Assembly (NCBI GenBank): GCA_041651155.1
Contig: JBAZJU010000001.1
Span: 261,596-325,595 of the forward strand
Direction: 5' to 3'
Origin: Patescibacteria group bacterium
Lineage (GTDB): Bacteria > Patescibacteriota > Patescibacteriia > CAIXNZ01
DNA: 64,000 nt
This document shows, in pieces, positions 1-9,464 of this stretch. How positions within the stretch are numbered: position 1 is the stretch's first letter; each line of letters starts with the position of its first letter. The notes under the pieces were generated by a model that was not told the origin of the DNA, ran no database searches, and saw nothing but the letters and a program-made list of their open reading frames with translations. The translations under genes were made by a program, and so were the position numbers.

Positions 1-231
1 ATTTATCAATTGGATTATTACAATTGCAATCCAAAGATTAACGGCCAGCATTATGACAGTCAGTAGCAAAACCAGAATTAAAATAGAAGGATTGCCAAAA
101 TATAAGGCCAAATAGTAAACCAGATATGGAATGATCATGATAATGACTGGGGTGATGAATTTTTGGAAATTGTCAGTGTAAAAATCCCAGCCTTTTTTCA
201 TTAAATCTGAGATTGGCATTAATTGTTGCAT
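1..231 (-). CDS. hypothetical membrane protein (N-terminal part; continues beyond window start)
   Basis: ATG at 229-231 on minus strand; hydrophobic stretch (LVYYLALYFGNPSILILVLLLTVIMLAVNLWIAIV); no track ORF because truncated. Confidence 0.4.
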   Translation of the reverse strand, partial: MQQLMPISDLMKKGWDFYTDNFQKFITPVIIMIIPYLVYYLALYFGNPSILILVLLLTVIMLAVNLWIAIVIIQLIN

Positions 232-304
232 AGGTTTGTATGATTAGGTTTTATTAGGTTAAATGAGGTTTGATGAAGTTATATAAGGTTGCTTTAGGTT
301 TGAA

Positions 305-913
305 TTATTCAATGATAGTTATTTTGCGTTTAATTATTTCCATAATTTGCGCCTGGACTTCTTCAATTGTTTGGTTGGCTTTGATTATATGCCAGCCAAA
401 GTCCTGGGCGATTTCCGCAAAAGCATTATTAACTTTAGCCAGAGTTGCGGTGTTTGTTTCATGTATATTATTTTTATCCAAATCTTCAGGGAATGATTCT
501 CCTTGAAATAATATGCCAAGGTCTTCTTTTATGAGATGTGAGTTCAATTTGTAAAGCAAGTTTTTATCAATGCCGGCGACCATGCCCCAGGCAATGCCAG
601 TGCCAATATAATCTTCAGCCACTATCCAGGTGCCTTTATTTAATTTTTCCGCTAATTTCGGCTCATATTGAGTCCTATTTAAAACCTGCAGCATTTGAAA
701 TTCGCGGGCTGTAAATTGGTTGGGATTGCCTTGTCTCAGATACTCATTAATTAAACTGCCTGAAGGTTCCAGGTTATAAATCGCATATTTTAAATATTCC
801 GCGTTTTTGCTTTGTTTAATAATTAAATTTTCCACGAGTAATTTAGCCTGGGTTGATTTGCCTAGGTTGTTTATGCCGTAAAGAACGATGAATTTGCCTT
901 TTTGGTTTTTCAT
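305..913 (-). CDS. thymidylate kinase-family nucleotide kinase (second Tmk-like paralog)
   Basis: P-loop FIVLYGINNLGKSTQAKLL resembling Tmk N-terminus; 202 aa; sits in dNTP-metabolism cluster. Confidence 0.55.
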   Translation of the reverse strand: MKNQKGKFIVLYGINNLGKSTQAKLLVENLIIKQSKNAEYLKYAIYNLEPSGSLINEYLRQGNPNQFTAREFQMLQVLNRTQYEPKLAEKLNKGTWIVAEDYIGTGIAWGMVAGIDKNLLYKLNSHLIKEDLGILFQGESFPEDLDKNNIHETNTATLAKVNNAFAEIAQDFGWHIIKANQTIEEVQAQIMEIIKRKITIIE

Positions 914-1088
914 AAAATGGAATTATGAATTATGAGAGCCCGGCTTCGGCTCAGGCTGTTTTATTAGTCTTTTCTTAAGTGAGCAAAAGCCGAGACGAGC
1001 TGAAATCTGAAATTTGGATTTGTTATCAAATTACTATAATTTTAACAAAATATGCTAATTTTAGCCAGCCTTCGCAGGCCGAAGCCTG

Positions 1089-1526
1089 CTACGGCATGCA
1101 TAGGCCTGTGGTACCAAATCCTCCGCGCGAAGGTTCATCCATTGATTCAACTTCATCAAAATCAAAGTTTTCACATTTGATGAGGACTAATTGGCAAAGG
1201 CGTGTACCTTTGTTGATGCGGACTAAAGAGTCAGTAAAGTTTCTTACAGCAAAGTGATATTCATCATCATTACCACAGTAATCACGATCCATAATCCCAA
1301 CGCCATTAATACCCTGGATCCCTAATTTATGAGTTGATGATCTTGGAGCTAGCAAAATAAAATAACCATCAGGAATTTTTATGGCTACATTCATAGGGAT
1401 ATAGGTAATCTCTTTTGGTTTAATTTCAACATCAAGGCGGGAACAGAGATCAACGGCAACGGCTCCGGGAGTTTTATGAATTGGCAGTGGAAGGGATGGG
1501 TCTAATCTTTTAATTTTTATTCTCAT
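1089..1526 (-). CDS. dut: dUTP diphosphatase
   Basis: 145 aa; dUTPase motifs (AVAVDL, LAPRSS, C-terminal GGFGTTG). Confidence 0.85.
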   Translation of the reverse strand: MRIKIKRLDPSLPLPIHKTPGAVAVDLCSRLDVEIKPKEITYIPMNVAIKIPDGYFILLAPRSSTHKLGIQGINGVGIMDRDYCGNDDEYHFAVRNFTDSLVRINKGTRLCQLVLIKCENFDFDEVESMDEPSRGGFGTTGLCMP

Positions 1527-1679
1527 AAATTTTTACGTTTTAAAATTCCAAATGACAAATTTCAAATAACAAATAAAATTCAAATCTCAAATTCTAAATT
1601 ATAAAAACCGTTTGTTTCGGTGTTTGTATTTTGTTATTTATCTGGTGCTTGTGGTTTGGATTTTGTGATTTTTTTAAAT

Positions 1680-2354
1680 TTAAATTAAATGACTAATTGT
1701 CTGCCAAAGCAGGGTACTAATTTCATCAATAGTCAAAAGTTGATTTTCTGGAGCGCAGTCAATTGTTATCCAATTATATTTATCAGCCACATAACGATAA
1801 GCCTCGGCTGCATTTTTCAAATGTTCCAAATCAGCTTCATGGATGTCTCTTTTTTTATCACCTATGTAATCGCGCTGGCCTTTTTGGCCAACTAGTTCTT
1901 GCCCAATTTCCGGTGGCAAATATAAAAGAATATTCAAGTCAGGTTTTGGAATGCCAAATAAATTATATTCCAATTCAAATAGCCATTCTAAAAATTTATC
2001 CCTTTCTTGCAGATCTGAAATTTTGCCAGCCTGGTGGCCCATATTGGATGAAACATAACGATTACTGATCACAATATTGCCTTCATCCAGCCATTTTTTT
2101 ATTTGAGAAGAAGAAGCATAGCGATCGCAGGCATAAAAAATAGACGCTCGGTAAGGGCCGACATCATTAGCTGAGCCAAAATTTCCATTCAAATATTCTT
2201 CAACCAAGCCAGCGCTTTTTTGGCCATATTGGGGAAAATCAATCATTTTGACTTGATGGCCTGATTGTTCTATTTTTTCCACTAACAATTTTGTCTGGGT
2301 TGCCTTGCCAGAGCCATCAGTGCCGTCAATCACTATAAAAAATCCTTTTGACAT
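1680..2354 (-). CDS. tmk: thymidylate kinase
   Basis: 224 aa; GFFIVIDGTDGSGKATQ P-loop, Tmk-type fold signature. Confidence 0.85.
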   Translation of the reverse strand: MSKGFFIVIDGTDGSGKATQTKLLVEKIEQSGHQVKMIDFPQYGQKSAGLVEEYLNGNFGSANDVGPYRASIFYACDRYASSSQIKKWLDEGNIVISNRYVSSNMGHQAGKISDLQERDKFLEWLFELEYNLFGIPKPDLNILLYLPPEIGQELVGQKGQRDYIGDKKRDIHEADLEHLKNAAEAYRYVADKYNWITIDCAPENQLLTIDEISTLLWQTISHLI

Positions 2355-2357
2355 AGA

Positions 2358-3746
2358 TTATATTTTTAATTCGCGATCCTGCTGATAGGTCAGATTATTT
2401 TTTAAGGCTAATTCAGCTTTCATTAATTCTCTGCCCAAATCCAAAGCATGCAAGATCTCGCTGATAAAAGTAAAAATTTGGTTATTAATTTCTGTGGCAG
2501 TTGCGCCTGAAAATTTTTGGATAAATTGGCCGGTGGGAGAATAGTGGCTGACGATTATTTTATCGTTTTCAAGTTGAATTTCAAAACTGCCTCTTGGGTC
2601 TTGGACGCATTCAGTGGGTGGTTTATGTTTGGCCACTGTTTCAGCGGCTGCTAAAAAATCTCTTTCGTAAATATGCGCCGAATTGGAAATAAAACAAAGT
2701 TTGCCCATTTTAACGCCTAATGCGTCAGCAATTTCTTTTTGGACTTTGCGCAAAGCAAAACAGTTTTGCGGCCAGGCTCTATACATATCATTAGAACGCA
2801 TATAGGTGGTTAAATAAAGTTTATCGCCCTGAATTAAGGCATTAACTAAATTGATGCAAGGACTTTTTGGGTTTCCAGTGTCTTTCATCACATCCCAGGT
2901 AAAGGCAATGGCGCGGCGGCTATAGCTATTAGCTTTTAAATCATTGATCAGGGCTTCAATCTGGTTAATGCCGTTAAAATTTCTTAAACGGCTGCCATAA
3001 GTGTATTCCACGCCTTCAAAAATGCGGTCAGTCATTAATTGCGGATAGTAATTTTCCAGATCTTGTTTGTTAAAATAAAGATAATCTGTCAGGTAAGGAT
3101 TGTCAGGGTCTTCATCACTGATTATGGTTGAGACATTGATTAATTCACGCTGCATTTCAGAATACTGGCACATTTTATTAACCCCAAATTTTAAAACGCG
3201 ATCCAAGATTTTTAACCACAAGTCAGCAATCTTTTTGTCTTCCAAGCGGAAGCATATTTCTTCAGAAGGGAAATCAATCTTTTCCCTTTGGGCTTGATCA
3301 GGAAAGTCAATTATTTCAGGCAGCCAGGCTGGGCTATTTTGGGGCTGCTCGCTAAGGAAATCATTAATTTTTTCCTCTGGAATAAAATGGGTGTTATTTT
3401 TAAACCAGTCAATAAATTGTTGGGTTTTTTCCGCTGGTATTTCTTTGTGTAAAACTTCCTGTCCTTGCCCTGCAGCTAGAAAATTTTCAAAAAATTTGAG
3501 ACTGCCGGAAAGGTCTTTGCCTGTCACAATTAATTTGGAGATTTTTGGATTTAAAAAAATATTGCGGATAATATAATTAATGCCTTCTTTGCTGTAAAGC
3601 TGGCCAATGGCGCCAATTTTGGCTTTATTGTCAGGAGAAATTAAATCATTAATGTGCTCTTTTTTGCTCCAGCCCGTAATAATGCCAAAATATCCTTCGG
3701 TTGAAGGTATTAAAATTTGGTTATTATAATATTTTGGCCAAGTCAT
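2358..3746 (-). CDS. thymidylate synthase (ThyA)-family enzyme with roughly 240-aa N-terminal extension
   Basis: C-terminal half has ThyA-like RRAIAFTWD ... PCINLVNALIQ...LYLTTYMRSNDMYRAWPQN (catalytic Cys context); 462 aa is far longer than typical ThyA. Confidence 0.6.
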   Translation of the reverse strand: MTWPKYYNNQILIPSTEGYFGIITGWSKKEHINDLISPDNKAKIGAIGQLYSKEGINYIIRNIFLNPKISKLIVTGKDLSGSLKFFENFLAAGQGQEVLHKEIPAEKTQQFIDWFKNNTHFIPEEKINDFLSEQPQNSPAWLPEIIDFPDQAQREKIDFPSEEICFRLEDKKIADLWLKILDRVLKFGVNKMCQYSEMQRELINVSTIISDEDPDNPYLTDYLYFNKQDLENYYPQLMTDRIFEGVEYTYGSRLRNFNGINQIEALINDLKANSYSRRAIAFTWDVMKDTGNPKSPCINLVNALIQGDKLYLTTYMRSNDMYRAWPQNCFALRKVQKEIADALGVKMGKLCFISNSAHIYERDFLAAAETVAKHKPPTECVQDPRGSFEIQLENDKIIVSHYSPTGQFIQKFSGATATEINNQIFTFISEILHALDLGRELMKAELALKNNLTYQQDRELKI

Positions 3747-3749
3747 ATT

Positions 3750-4310
3750 TTAGCGAGTTAATTGTCGGATTATATTTTCAATTTGGCGCTGTAAATCTTC
3801 AGCGGTGCCGTTATTATCAAGATGAAATTCGGCGATTTTTGCCACTTCTTTTATTTGTAATTCAGCTTCTTTTTGTTCATCATCTTGGAATTCGGCAAGT
3901 GTTTTTTTGTTGTCATCAGTATTCTCACCCCGCCTAATAATGCGCTCAAAACGAATTTTTTGCTCAGCATTAATTTCTATAAGATGAAAATTTGGCATTT
4001 TTTGAAGATATTTAATATCAGCTTGGCGGCGAACCCCATCCAAAACAATTATATGCGCAGAAGAGTTTTTAACATCATTAGCAATAGTTTGAGCCATTAA
4101 ATCATCGCCAAAAGTTTTCCTTAAGGCTGAAGAGGCAGCCTGCATATTTTCACGGCTTTGAGGAATGTAAAAACGGTCTAGGACATCACGCAACATGCTG
4201 GAAAACCGAAAAATTTGCGCCTGGTGTTTGTCTTTGAGATAATTGCATGCCGTGCCTTTGCCTGAAGCAATCGGGCCGACAAATCCCAGAATAATTTTAT
4301 TGTTTGTCAT
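3750..4310 (-). CDS. P-loop (d)NMP/nucleoside kinase-like protein
   Basis: GFVGPIASGKGT Walker A; start refined to MTNNKIILGF (ATG 4308-4310) 13 nt after dCMP deaminase stop; track ORF extends further upstream. Confidence 0.5.
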   Translation of the reverse strand: MTNNKIILGFVGPIASGKGTACNYLKDKHQAQIFRFSSMLRDVLDRFYIPQSRENMQAASSALRKTFGDDLMAQTIANDVKNSSAHIIVLDGVRRQADIKYLQKMPNFHLIEINAEQKIRFERIIRRGENTDDNKKTLAEFQDDEQKEAELQIKEVAKIAEFHLDNNGTAEDLQRQIENIIRQLTR

Positions 4311-4791
4311 ATTTTTCAATTTCATCTTCAAAAAAAATAAGTTCCACCCCGGCGCATTTAAACATTTCTTCGCTTTCTTTGCCGGCATGATATTTTTTTT
4401 CGCTGACAACGCGTTTAATGCCGGCGTTAATAATCATTTTGGCGCAGGTTGAACAAGGCGTCATTTTGCAGTACAATGTCGCGCCATTTATGGAAACGCC
4501 CAGTTTAGCTGCCTGCACAATGGCATTTTGTTCAGCATGAGTAGTCCGAACACAATGTTGCGTCTGGCTGCCGTCTTCATGGACCATGGTTTTCATTTGG
4601 TGCCCGATTTCATCGCAATGAGGCAAGCCTTTGGGCGAGCCAACATAGCCAGTGACCAGAATTTGTTTATCGCGGGCAATTACGCAGCCAGAGCGGCCTC
4701 GATCACAAGTTGCTCTTTCAGCCACTGTTTTGGCAATATCCATAAAATATTTGTCCCAGGAAGGCCTTTGATATTTTGTTTCTTCAGCCAT
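4297..4791 (-). CDS. dCMP deaminase (ComEB-like)
   Basis: HAEQNAI ... PCSTCAKMI zinc-binding cytidine/dCMP deaminase motifs; 164 aa. Confidence 0.8.
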   Translation of the reverse strand: MAEETKYQRPSWDKYFMDIAKTVAERATCDRGRSGCVIARDKQILVTGYVGSPKGLPHCDEIGHQMKTMVHEDGSQTQHCVRTTHAEQNAIVQAAKLGVSINGATLYCKMTPCSTCAKMIINAGIKRVVSEKKYHAGKESEEMFKCAGVELIFFEDEIEKYDKQ

Positions 4792-4879
4792 AGGAATTAA
4801 AAATAATTAATAAAAAATAAAATTTAAGGTGATTATATTTTAGCAGAAGAATTTATAAAAATAAAGGGGATAAATACAA

Positions 4880-4912
4880 AAAAACGCCCCGCAGTGCGGA
4901 AGCGTTTTTTTT
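4880..4912 (-). terminator. intrinsic terminator downstream of rplA
   Basis: aaacgc-ccgcagtgcgg-gcgttt hairpin followed by T-run on the transcribed (minus) strand. Confidence 0.5.
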
Positions 4913-4914
4913 GC

Positions 4915-5619
4915 TTAAATTTGGACTCGGATGCCAGGACCCATGGTTGAAGAAAGTGTGATGTTTTTGATAAAAATTCCTTTAGTGCTTGCAGGTTTTA
5001 GTTTGTTTAAAGCTTCTACTACAGCCTGATAATTTTCCTGTAGTTTTTTATCATCAAATGAGGCTTTGCCAATACTTAGGTGGATATTGCCGGTATCATC
5101 ATTTTTAAAGCTAATTTTGCCTTTGGCCAATTCTTCAATAGTTTTTTTCAGGTTGTTTGTAACCGTTTCTGTTTTAGGGTTTGGCATCAAGCCTTTTGGG
5201 CCTAAAATTTTGGCTACTTTGGCCAGATCTTTCATCATTTCCGGCATGGTGACCAAAATATCAAAATTTATCTTCTGTGTTTTGGCAATCTCGTCAATTA
5301 TTTCCTGTCCGCCAACAATATCAGCGCCAGCTGCCTTGGCTTCTTTTTGCTTTTCAGCCGGCGCCACCACAGCAATTTTGATTTTTTTGCCTGTGCCATT
5401 AGGTAAAAGTACCGTACTTCTGATTTGCTGTTCGCTTTTGGCCGGATCTATGCCGGTTTTGATTGCAACGTCAATTGATGAATCAAATTTGGCAGTGGCA
5501 GTGTCTTTTGCCAGTTTAATTGCTTCTTCAAAGGAGTAAGCTTTTGTTTTGTCAATCTTGGCGTTTAATTCGCTAAATCTTTTAGAATGAGGTGCTTTTT
5601 TTGTTCGTCCTCTTCGCAT
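4915..5619 (-). CDS. rplA: 50S ribosomal protein L1
   Basis: 234 aa; characteristic L1 sequence (KFDSSIDVAIKTGIDP...). Confidence 0.9.
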   Translation of the reverse strand: MRRGRTKKAPHSKRFSELNAKIDKTKAYSFEEAIKLAKDTATAKFDSSIDVAIKTGIDPAKSEQQIRSTVLLPNGTGKKIKIAVVAPAEKQKEAKAAGADIVGGQEIIDEIAKTQKINFDILVTMPEMMKDLAKVAKILGPKGLMPNPKTETVTNNLKKTIEELAKGKISFKNDDTGNIHLSIGKASFDDKKLQENYQAVVEALNKLKPASTKGIFIKNITLSSTMGPGIRVQI

Positions 5620-5955
5620 AAATTTTTTATGATTAATTTTGTTAAAAGTGATTATACTTGTTGTATGTATGTGGCTCTACGGATTACAGATATGTACAGA
5701 TATACAAATCAGTTATGTATTCGTAAATCTGTATCTATCTGTAATCTGTAGTAACAAAAAACTGATGTCGCAATACACCAGTCTTTAAGTAAATAGGGTA
5801 GTAGTATTGCGTGGTGCAAGCGAAAGGAAAATTCTTTCTCCCACTTATTTAATGCTGAATGCTGAATTCTGAAATAATATTTTAGTTTTGTGATTTGAGA
5901 TTTATATTTTGATATTTTTTTGAATTTTGTGATTTGTCTTTTGAATTTTAAAAAT

Positions 5956-6381
5956 TTAGCCTTCAACTGTCAAACCCATTTGTCTGGCAGTGCCTTCAAT
6001 AATCTTCATAGCTGCTTCAATGTTATCAGTATTCAGGTCTGGCAGTTTTTTTTCTGCTATCTCCCTGATTTGAGCTTTAGTAACTTTGCCTACCTTTTCT
6101 TGAAGCGGTTTGCCTGAACCTTTGGCAATGCCAGCGGCTTTTTTAAGAAGTTCAGCAGCAGGTGAAGTTTTTAAAACAAAATCATAAGTGCGGTCATCAT
6201 AGACTTTTATTTCTACCGGGATAATATCGCCCATTTTATCTTTAGTCGCTTCATTAAATCTTGCGCAAAATTCAGCAATATTTAAGCCATGCTGGCCTAA
6301 AGCTGGTCCGACTGGAGGTGCAGGATTGGCCGCACCAGCTGGAATTTGTAATTTGATAATTGTTTTGATTGGTTTTGGCAT
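5956..6381 (-). CDS. rplK: 50S ribosomal protein L11
   Basis: 141 aa; [32 protein letters not shown]. Confidence 0.9.
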   Translation of the reverse strand: MPKPIKTIIKLQIPAGAANPAPPVGPALGQHGLNIAEFCARFNEATKDKMGDIIPVEIKVYDDRTYDFVLKTSPAAELLKKAAGIAKGSGKPLQEKVGKVTKAQIREIAEKKLPDLNTDNIEAAMKIIEGTARQMGLTVEG

Positions 6382-6517
6382 AGGGTAAATTGGGTTAATT
6401 GAACCACAGATTTATACTCACAGATTGCACTGATTTTTTTAATGAGAAGCCCATCTAATGGCATTAAAAAAATGATTTATCTGTGGAAATCAGTGAACGA
6501 AATCAGTGGTTCCATTA

Positions 6518-7060
6518 TCATATCTTTTTTATCTGTAGAAAGTCAAGTTCAACCGGGGTTTCGCGGCCAAACATAGAGACCAGGATTTTGACTTTGCCGC
6601 GCGCTTCATCAATGGCAGTAACTTTGCCTTCAAAATTTTTAAACGGCCCATCTGTAATTTTAACCGGCGAACCTTCAGAAACATCAATTTTGAATTTCGG
6701 TTCTTCTTGGCCCATTCTTTTCAATAAGCCCTGGACTTCTGTTTCAGAAACCGGAGTCGGGCTTGCGCCTGAGCCGACAAAACCAGTAACATTAGGTGTG
6801 TTTCTGACCACATACCAGGAATCGTCAGTCACATCCATATTAACCAGCAGATAGCCTGGAAAAATTTTTTCAATCACGGTTTTTCTTTTGCCGTTTTTTA
6901 TCTTAATTTTTCTTTCAGTTGGAATAATAACATCAAAAATTTTATCTTCCATGTCCATTGACTCAATCCTTTGTTTTAAATTGTCCGCGACGCTTTCTTC
7001 ATAGCCGGAATAAGTGTGGATTACATACCAGCGTTTGCCGCGGGATATTTGTTTTGCCAT
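6518..7060 (-). CDS. nusG: transcription termination/antitermination factor NusG
   Basis: 180 aa; NGN + KOW layout (WYVIHTYSGYE ... KVKILVSMFGRETPVEL). Confidence 0.85.
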   Translation of the reverse strand: MAKQISRGKRWYVIHTYSGYEESVADNLKQRIESMDMEDKIFDVIIPTERKIKIKNGKRKTVIEKIFPGYLLVNMDVTDDSWYVVRNTPNVTGFVGSGASPTPVSETEVQGLLKRMGQEEPKFKIDVSEGSPVKITDGPFKNFEGKVTAIDEARGKVKILVSMFGRETPVELDFLQIKKI

Positions 7061-7155
7061 AGAGTAATTGGGTTAATTGAACCACTGATTAATATTCACA
7101 GATTACACGGAGATTATCTGCGTAATCCGTGAGCAAAAATCCGTGTTTCAGTTTC

Positions 7156-7347
7156 CTATTTAATTATTAATTGGACGCCCAAAGATAACAGATAATCAGC
7201 CAGGCCAATAAAAGCGGCTAAGCCCAAGCTAATGCCAATCACCAAAAGAGTATAGTTGACTGTCTGCCTTCTGGTCGGCCAGGTAACCTTTTTTAATTCG
7301 GCGATTGAATCTTTGATGTAATCTGTTATTTTTTGAAAAATGTTCAT
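7156..7347 (-). CDS. secE: preprotein translocase subunit SecE
   Basis: 63 aa, single C-terminal TM, conserved KVTWPTRRQ; canonical secE-nusG-rplK-rplA order. Confidence 0.75.
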   Translation of the reverse strand: MNIFQKITDYIKDSIAELKKVTWPTRRQTVNYTLLVIGISLGLAAFIGLADYLLSLGVQLIIK

Positions 7348-7608
7348 ATATCTGAATTATGAATTATGAAATCTGACCTTCGTCAGCCGAAGCTCCGCAC
7401 CGCGGAGCGAAGGCTGAGATATGAAATTAGATAAGTAATTCTTGGTTTTTAAAAAGACCCTGGCAGGTCTTGTATACTTATATTATAAACTATTTAAAGA
7501 TATTGTCAAGCTTTTATTTTTGGAAGCTTTTTATTTGACAAATTATGGGATTTATGTAAACTAAAGACAAGAACCTTTGGTTCTTTTAAATTCAAAAGGA
7601 GGAAGAAA

Positions 7609-8343
7609 ATGAAGCACATGATATCAAGATTTGTTGTTTTGGGGCTGTTGGTAATTCTTATCGCCCTTGTCACTTCAAATGAAGTTCGTTCAAAGGGTAA
7701 ACAGGATTTTCCCACAATATCGCCATCCGAAAGTTACGTTGACTTTTTAGGAATGGTGAAACTTCAAGCCATGGATGCTCTGATTCAAATAGACAAAGAA
7801 GCGTATGAAAAGAGTAAAAACGGAGAGAAAATATTGCCTCCCCAGACTGAATTCGTAATGCAGTATCTTCTGGATACAGATGCTAAGGTCTGTCCAACTT
7901 GCTCAGCCGATCTTCAGAAAATACTGACCGTACTTTTTTTTAACTCAAAACTCGCAGAAGAAAAGAAGATTACGTTCACACTTTTATTGAGATCAAATGA
8001 AACAGAATCATTTGATTTCGTAGCTTCCGTTCTGGCCAGGGTTGCTTATGAACATGGCGGCTTTCAGCGCGGTTCATTTGCGACATCAGAAGAGCTTGTC
8101 TCACTTTTGCACAGGATTAATTTTTCCTATGGAAGTGAAATTCTCTTTTCCGATCTTGGCTTTCCAGATGATGTAGTAACGATACTGGAAAAAAATGTGG
8201 GTAAGGTTTTCCCATTCGTTTTTATTTGGGGCCCGGCCAGTGACACTGAATTCAAAGAAAGAAAAATAATTTATCTGGGCATCCATGAAAAAGTCAATTG
8301 GTCTAAACTTGACCAGATAATTACTGATAATACTCCCCAATAA
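7609..8343 (+). CDS. hypothetical secreted/membrane-anchored protein
   Basis: 244 aa, N-terminal hydrophobic signal/anchor; RBS aaaggagg upstream; codon usage noticeably more G/C-rich than neighbours. Confidence 0.5.
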   Translation: MKHMISRFVVLGLLVILIALVTSNEVRSKGKQDFPTISPSESYVDFLGMVKLQAMDALIQIDKEAYEKSKNGEKILPPQTEFVMQYLLDTDAKVCPTCSADLQKILTVLFFNSKLAEEKKITFTLLLRSNETESFDFVASVLARVAYEHGGFQRGSFATSEELVSLLHRINFSYGSEILFSDLGFPDDVVTILEKNVGKVFPFVFIWGPASDTEFKERKIIYLGIHEKVNWSKLDQIITDNTPQ

Positions 8344-8359
8344 AATAATTTAGAATTTA

Positions 8360-8390
8360 AAAGCGGTCTCCCAGTGCGGGATCGCTTTTT
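8360..8390 (+). terminator. intrinsic terminator
   Basis: aaagcggtctcccagtgcgggatcgcttttt hairpin plus T-run. Confidence 0.5.
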
Positions 8391-8445
8391 ACTTGAAAAG
8401 GTTTGATTTTAATATATAATTAAGATATAAATTTTAATTCTATCT

Positions 8446-9282
8446 ATGGAAAATAAATTTGAAGACCGCAACCAAAATATAAATTTTCCTCCCCAAAAAG
8501 TATTGCATGCTTTTAATCTTACTGGAGACCCCATTCTCTTAAGTGGCGGACAAGGTAATTCTTTCCTTGTTGATAATGTCGTTTTAAAGCCTACAAAAGA
8601 TGTGCAGGAAGCTTCATGGCTGGCTGAAATTAATAACAGTCTAATTAGTAATGAATTTAGAGTACCTAAGCCAATTCGTGCAAATGATAATTCCTGGGTT
8701 TTTGAAGGCTGGACAGCAAACACGTTTTTATCAGGCGAACATATCCCTGGCAATTATTCTGGGGTGATTGATGTTAGTAAAGTTTTCCATAAAGCTTTAA
8801 TTGGCATACCTAAACCTGATTTTTTTGATCAGAGAAACACGGTGTGGTCTGTGGCTGACAAAATCGCTTGGGGGGAATTACCGCTTCCTGATTTTGCATT
8901 GACCAATAATCCTTTACTGAAAATTTTTAAGTTACTTAGAAAAAATGAATTACCTAACCAACTTATACACGGTGACATGGGTATTGGCAATGTCTTATTT
9001 GATAAAAAATTACCTCCGGCAGTAATTGATTTTAGTCCTTATTTCAGGCCTGCTGATTTTGCTATTGCCATAATGATGATTGATGCACTCGTTTTTGAAA
9101 ATGCAGATAAATCAATTCTGAATCTAGGCAAAGATTTTAAGGATTTTAATCAGTTGCTCCTGCGAGCTTTAGTCAGACGTATTTGTGAATATATCGGACA
9201 TCAGACGCACAAAGAGGCTAGTAAGGATTTTTCACCGGAAATCATTAAACATTTGCAGATTATAGATATTATTAGTAAATAG
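8446..9282 (+). CDS. phosphotransferase (APH/choline-kinase-like) family protein
   Basis: HGDMGIGNVLFD ... IDFS (Brenner HGDxxxxN + D motif); 278 aa. Confidence 0.55.
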   Translation: MENKFEDRNQNINFPPQKVLHAFNLTGDPILLSGGQGNSFLVDNVVLKPTKDVQEASWLAEINNSLISNEFRVPKPIRANDNSWVFEGWTANTFLSGEHIPGNYSGVIDVSKVFHKALIGIPKPDFFDQRNTVWSVADKIAWGELPLPDFALTNNPLLKIFKLLRKNELPNQLIHGDMGIGNVLFDKKLPPAVIDFSPYFRPADFAIAIMMIDALVFENADKSILNLGKDFKDFNQLLLRALVRRICEYIGHQTHKEASKDFSPEIIKHLQIIDIISK

Positions 9283-9359
9283 GTGTTTATTGCTTTAGCG
9301 TATTTTGGGCTATTTTTTGCGTTAATTGTTACTTTTTTGATAAAATATCCAAATTGCAG

Positions 9360-9390
9360 TTGACAGAAACATAAAATTGGTATATAATTA
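9360..9390 (+). promoter_or_regulatory. sigma70-like promoter (TTGACA-N17-TATAAT) upstream of typA
   Basis: ttgacagaaacataaaattggtatataat read directly. Confidence 0.5.
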
Positions 9391-9464
9391 AGAGCATAAA
9401 TGATAAATTTATCCAGCTGAAGTCAGCGGATTTTTTTATTTTTTAAATTCTTAGGCACTATTTT

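Noticed and set aside
5066-5539. 157-aa plus-strand ORF antisense to rplA. Similar antisense or embedded ORFs occur at 1689-2068, 3100-3937, 14665-15611, 17828-18154, 60109-60432 and elsewhere.
   Set aside because: Each overlaps a well-supported gene on the opposite strand, has no RBS and has low-complexity composition. These are typical spurious ORFs.
9391-9464. Short hairpin plus T-run between the typA promoter and start codon, considered as an attenuator or riboswitch
   Set aside because: The stem is only about 5 bp (agctga/tcagc) with no recognisable aptamer. Too weak to call.
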